Source of the DNA: an uncultured Alphaproteobacteria bacterium
Lineage (GTDB): Bacteria; Pseudomonadota; Alphaproteobacteria; Rs-D84
Reading direction: 5' to 3'
DNA length: 64,000 bases
Assembly (NCBI GenBank): GCA_949156565.1
Contig: CASCZI010000001.1
Coordinates: 33,908 to 97,907, forward strand
The notes beneath the pieces were generated by a model, which did not search any database, was not told the origin of the DNA, and worked only from the letters and a program-made list of their open reading frames with translations. The position numbers were made by a program, and so were the translations under genes. This document shows positions 59,842 to 64,000 of this stretch, piece after piece. Within the stretch, counting starts at the first letter, position 1, and each line of letters starts with the position of its first letter.

Positions 59842-60299
59842 TATCGGTATGTTTCCCAATCGGGTTCGCGTGTGCATTGCCCCAAATCAACGGTAAAATC
59901 ACGGCGCGCCGCGGTTACCGGGCATTGAATCATGCCGGTTGTTGCGCGTTCTGTGGCATCGGCCGGCGCGTTGCGCCATGCAAAACGCACCACATTGGGG
60001 GCATGGACACAAACCAAACGTAATTTTCCATCAACGTCGCCACGCGGCGAAATCCAGAGACGCACACTGTCCGCTTCGCCGTAACAGGGAAATCCATCCA
60101 GATAATACAAGATTAATCCCTTGGGGCCGACCATTTTTTTATCTGAAATCACCTTGCCCGTATATTGTCCCAACGATAATCCTGTGACGGCGGCCCAATC
60201 GGTACTTGTCGAAAAAAGACTAACCCGGGGGGCGGGGGCGTCGGCCGCATGGGCCATTGCGAATACGAACAATCCCAAAATCATTCCCATCAAACGCAT
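59841..60299 (-). CDS. Hypothetical secreted protein
   Basis: Signal peptide ending AHA; four Cys. Confidence 0.65.
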   Translation of the reverse strand: MRLMGMILGLFVFAMAHAADAPAPRVSLFSTSTDWAAVTGLSLGQYTGKVISDKKMVGPKGLILYYLDGFPCYGEADSVRLWISPRGDVDGKLRLVCVHAPNVVRFAWRNAPADATERATTGMIQCPVTAARRDFTVDLGQCTREPDWETYR

Positions 60300-60300
60300 T

Positions 60301-60810
60301 TTAAATCCCCCCCATTATATCAACCCCAATTCGACGAATATCGGGCGTCGATGCAATGGAATATGAAAATTGCACCACCCCGTGGGCATCAATTAACGTG
60401 GCAGACGGCATAACCCGATGCCGGGCAATAATATGGTTTGCGCCGTCACGCGCGGTAATGACCAAATCTGGCATTCCATAGATATCATCGGTATTATTGG
60501 TCACGGTGCCACGCACCACCAAGATCGGTGCCCCATCATCGGACACATCTGGGACAATTTCTGTGACCGCCGGGCGCAACGCCACCGCGCGCGCCGCATC
60601 AATACGTGACCGCGCAATAATCGCCACACAAAACACCGCCGCGGCCATCAATGCACACAGGGCCGATATCACCAACAAAACGGCATTGGCACGCCCGCGG
60701 GCCGGGGTCCATGTATGTCCACAAACCGCACACCGCACCGGGCCACGGGGCGCATCGGTCACACTGTATTGTGTTTGGCAAAAATCACATGTCATTTTCA
60801 TTTGTCCCAT
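60301..60810 (-). CDS. Zn-ribbon (MJ0042 finger)/DUF3426-like membrane protein
   Basis: CDFC...VRCAVCGHTW, TM helix, LVVRGTVTN. Confidence 0.75.
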   Translation of the reverse strand: MGQMKMTCDFCQTQYSVTDAPRGPVRCAVCGHTWTPARGRANAVLLVISALCALMAAAVFCVAIIARSRIDAARAVALRPAVTEIVPDVSDDGAPILVVRGTVTNNTDDIYGMPDLVITARDGANHIIARHRVMPSATLIDAHGVVQFSYSIASTPDIRRIGVDIMGGI

Positions 60811-60822
60811 CTATACCATAAA

Positions 60823-62136
60823 TTATTGCAAATTCAACCCACGATATTTTTCCCGAACGCGACGGGCAATTTCTTCGATCGCATTCATATAATCGGCCGC
60901 CGTCGCATTGCGATTTCCCGCCACCGCCCCAAAAATTCGGGCCGCATCCGTCCCCCGTTCACGCGATGCCGCCGCCGGGGCCAATTCACGCAATCCCCCC
61001 AACGATACATCCATTAAATACGCCGAACGTCCCGCCACATCCCAATAATATGACGCATTGACAGAATCTTCGATTCGGTCCCGCACCACCATCCGTGGCG
61101 TGATCGATCCGGTAAAGGCCACACTGGCCCGGATTGCGGTAATCCGCCCCCCCGTCATATCCAGATTCTTGTTTATCTTTAACACGGCCGTATCCACATC
61201 TGAATGAATGCTAAGCCCGCCAAGCGTCAAATTCGCCGCCCATAAATCACCGGTGGTAAACGATGAAAATTTTCCCAAATCATTCATGGTCAATGTGCCT
61301 GCAATTTCCAGATTTCTTGAATCCGCCCCCAGTGTACCCGCCACCGTCATTGCCGGGGATTCAAATTGTCGATCTAATGTAGGCCGCGTTTGAAAAACCA
61401 TCGTATCGGCCACCAAAATATTTGTTCGTAAATATTCATCAAATCGGGCCGTGGTCCCATCAAAAAATCGGACATCGGTGATATCGTGTCCCCCCAAAGA
61501 CAACGCCCCGGCCATCGTTGCATCATCGGGGGAATTTGATGGTAAACGCCACAGATATGTTGGCCCCCCACGCAATGGACCGGTGGTATCGACGATGGCA
61601 TCACCCCCCCCAACCCCCAAATCCAATGCATCGGCCCGCCACGAACCAAACGCACCAAAGGCCTGATTATCTTCGATAAAGCCCATATTATCCCCACCCA
61701 GATTAATAATTTCCCGGGTTCGTACCGGCGATAAATCGGATGCGGCAAAAACAACCACCCCTTGTAATGTGGCATTGCTCCCCCGATCGGCCGATTTTAA
61801 AACACGCAATTGATACCGGCCATCATCACCATCGATTATATCCGTTGACACACCATATTCGGCCAAATCCGCCAATTTAACCCGTGTAATATTTTTACCA
61901 ACCGGCGCCAACAATGCCGCGCGATGGTCCATGATATAATGTTCCAATGCCCCCCGTATTGTGTCCATCCGACGGGCATAGGCAATGTTTTCTGAACGCC
62001 GCACGGCCGCCGTCTGGTATCGAAAAACAAATGGAATAATTAATGCGGCCAATGCCACAGAAAGCATTAATTCAACCAACATTCCCCCCATTTGGGCGCG
62101 TAATGCATGACGTCGTGCGTTATCAATCATGATCAC
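60823..62136 (-). CDS. PilV-like minor pilin/adhesin
   Basis: Prepilin QMGG-MLVELMLSVAL; MGFI..AFGAFGSW; YLWR...ATMAGALSLGGHDI. Confidence 0.65.
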   Translation of the reverse strand: MIMIDNARRHALRAQMGGMLVELMLSVALAALIIPFVFRYQTAAVRRSENIAYARRMDTIRGALEHYIMDHRAALLAPVGKNITRVKLADLAEYGVSTDIIDGDDGRYQLRVLKSADRGSNATLQGVVVFAASDLSPVRTREIINLGGDNMGFIEDNQAFGAFGSWRADALDLGVGGGDAIVDTTGPLRGGPTYLWRLPSNSPDDATMAGALSLGGHDITDVRFFDGTTARFDEYLRTNILVADTMVFQTRPTLDRQFESPAMTVAGTLGADSRNLEIAGTLTMNDLGKFSSFTTGDLWAANLTLGGLSIHSDVDTAVLKINKNLDMTGGRITAIRASVAFTGSITPRMVVRDRIEDSVNASYYWDVAGRSAYLMDVSLGGLRELAPAAASRERGTDAARIFGAVAGNRNATAADYMNAIEEIARRVREKYRGLNLQ

Positions 62137-63340
62137 CCCCCGGCATTAAAACGTCCATTGACGGCGCATCACGCCACCCATCAGACATAATAACATCAAA
62201 TTCATCCTGATCGGGTAATTCCGGAATGGGTGCACGGGATAACGCAAAATTGACAAAGCGCGGTGCCGACGTCGATGGAAAAGACCATGATCCGAATTTA
62301 ATCGGCGGCGTCGTCGACATCATTAATTCACCCGATACCGTTAATCCAAAATTATCGTAAAAAATCATTTCATCTGCCCCCAAAAAAGGTGTCATGACGG
62401 CACCGGTACTGATTCCGGAAAACCCGCTGATGCTGCGTGCGCTCTCCGATTTTAACACCATATCCCCCGATACATTGACCGTATTGGTTACCGTGGCGCG
62501 ATCTGTAATCACGCGGCCAATGGTGCCAAAATAATTTGAATTTAATTGACCCGCGGTCATGGTTCGAAATCCCGTCACATCCCCTGTAACACGCAATGCG
62601 CCGACGGCCGCCGCATTGCCATCCACGGATGCGCCACGCGTGAAATAGGCACGTGAAACCGTTGCCATATCCGTTTCAAGAAAGGTGGCGGTTATATCTG
62701 ACATCTTGGCTGATTTGGCATGAACCGTCCCAATATCATAGATGTCATTACCCCCCATATTTAAATGACGCATCATGGTATTCAATTCATCCCCATCCAT
62801 TGCCGTACGATGCAGATATTGGGATCGATCCGCCGATGTAATGGTTCGCGTCATTCGATAAACCAGCATTCCGGGCGTTAATTCTGGGGCGGACACCGCC
62901 CATCCAGATGTCGCCGCCACACCGTCGGGCCCCACAATGGCCGCATCGGCACCAATATGCCGGGCAATACGCGCCCCAGATATATCCCCGCCGGGAATAT
63001 GAAAACCCAAATAGACATCCGCAACCGATGCGCCACGAATGCTGTATTTATCAATAAATCCCACGGCCGCGTCCGGCGCAACCAATGACCGATCTGATTC
63101 ATCCATTCGGATTTGGGCAAATTCCGGCCACGCGTCTTGGTTTGTCCGAACAAAGTTTAATACCCCATCGCGCACAGACATAATACGCCGGGCACGGGCA
63201 ACATCCGACGCCGACGATATCATGTTTGTAACCTGATCATAAATCAATGGCGTTGCCAATGCCACAATGGCCATGGTCAATAATACCTCTAGCATTGATG
63301 CACCGCGCTGGGCGGTTAAGATACGTTTATTTACAATCAC
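62123..63340 (-). CDS. PilV-like minor pilin/adhesin
   Basis: Prepilin QRGA-SMLEVLLTMAI; YLHRTAMDGDELNTMMRHLNMGGNDI. Confidence 0.7.
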   Translation of the reverse strand: MIVNKRILTAQRGASMLEVLLTMAIVALATPLIYDQVTNMISSASDVARARRIMSVRDGVLNFVRTNQDAWPEFAQIRMDESDRSLVAPDAAVGFIDKYSIRGASVADVYLGFHIPGGDISGARIARHIGADAAIVGPDGVAATSGWAVSAPELTPGMLVYRMTRTITSADRSQYLHRTAMDGDELNTMMRHLNMGGNDIYDIGTVHAKSAKMSDITATFLETDMATVSRAYFTRGASVDGNAAAVGALRVTGDVTGFRTMTAGQLNSNYFGTIGRVITDRATVTNTVNVSGDMVLKSESARSISGFSGISTGAVMTPFLGADEMIFYDNFGLTVSGELMMSTTPPIKFGSWSFPSTSAPRFVNFALSRAPIPELPDQDEFDVIMSDGWRDAPSMDVLMPGGDHD

Positions 63341-64000
63341 TTTTACCGTCCATCAGACATTTTTTTATATCAATACGCCGTTCCAGACGCGACCAAAATA
63401 CATATTGGCATACAATATATTGGGACAATGATCGTTGGTTATATCCCCCACCCAATGTGCCAATAATCGATCGACAATCAACCGTGCGACCATCATCATC
63501 GGGACGGGCCAAAATTTTAAACGCCCCATTATCAATGGTATCGATTAAGACATCGGGCAATACCGATGTACCACCGGGCCGCACATCTAAAATAACCGCC
63601 CCCGTTTCACCCCGCATTAACGCATCGGATGTCTGATCGCGCAGGGTGATGTTCGATGTTTTTAAAACACCCACTTCTATGCCACTGCGACTGCTGTATT
63701 CCAAATCATCGGGATTAATATACACATCTTGGCCACGTGATGCATTGATATAGGATGATATTTCCAATGCACCCACACTAAAATTCATATTATCAGCAAT
63801 AACATTTCCCCGAATATTCCATGTTTTGGGGCCGGTAAAGCTGGTCCGGCCGGCCGTCATGGAAAAATCATAAACCGATGCCGTATCGGTGGTGATGGAC
63901 CCGGTATCCCCAAATTGGGAAATGGTTTTTACATTGGCCGTATCGGCACGTAATGCGCCGCGGGTCACATTTAGTGCCGGGGTGGCATCCGCACTTTGGA
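63327..64000 (-). CDS. C-terminal part of a probable third pilin-like protein (5' end outside window)
   Basis: Frame open to the window edge; ILDVRPGGTSVLPDV resembles YWDVAGRSAYLMDV of 60823-62136; overlaps the next gene. Confidence 0.5.
   Translation of the reverse strand, partial: QSADATPALNVTRGALRADTANVKTISQFGDTGSITTDTASVYDFSMTAGRTSFTGPKTWNIRGNVIADNMNFSVGALEISSYINASRGQDVYINPDDLEYSSRSGIEVGVLKTSNITLRDQTSDALMRGETGAVILDVRPGGTSVLPDVLIDTIDNGAFKILARPDDDGRTVDCRSIIGTLGGGYNQRSLSQYIVCQYVFWSRLERRIDIKKCLMDGKSDCK

Overview
Chromosomal window from a compact alphaproteobacterial genome. Gene content and the Cys-rich secreted paralogues suggest a reduced, host-associated lineage such as Rs-D84/'Ca. Enterousia' (inference). 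It is mostly housekeeping: secDF-yajC, mutL, greA, lptG, xerD, typA, serS, trxB, B12-dependent nrdJ with an adenosyltransferase, recA, mltA, secB, mnmE, ruvAC, xth, addB, engB, rsmI, lolDE, ftsQ, rluD, tRNA-Gly and tRNA-Tyr. The main unexplained structure is a dispersed family of four minus-strand loci (~29.3, 39.8, 45.3, 54.8 kb). All share a sigma70-like promoter (TTG...GG-TA[T/C]AAT-TCCTGGG) followed exactly 25 nt later by a CTATGCCT start motif (ACTATGCCTAATC in three loci). In those three loci the motif recurs 85-86 bp downstream at the start of a Cys-rich protein gene, leaving an out-of-frame 'MPN' uORF. One locus adds a perfect 26-bp inverted copy. The single-copy locus hides a TGA-interrupted relic of a protein module shared with three other genes. 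This looks like a switchable expression-cassette system for surface proteins (hypothesis). Other highlights: an FtsA-ribulose-phosphate epimerase fusion, two copies of an unassigned structured RNA motif, REP/REPIN-like palindromes, tandem PilV-like pilins with a PilN-like secretin, and a tRNA-Gly with an A73 discriminator.
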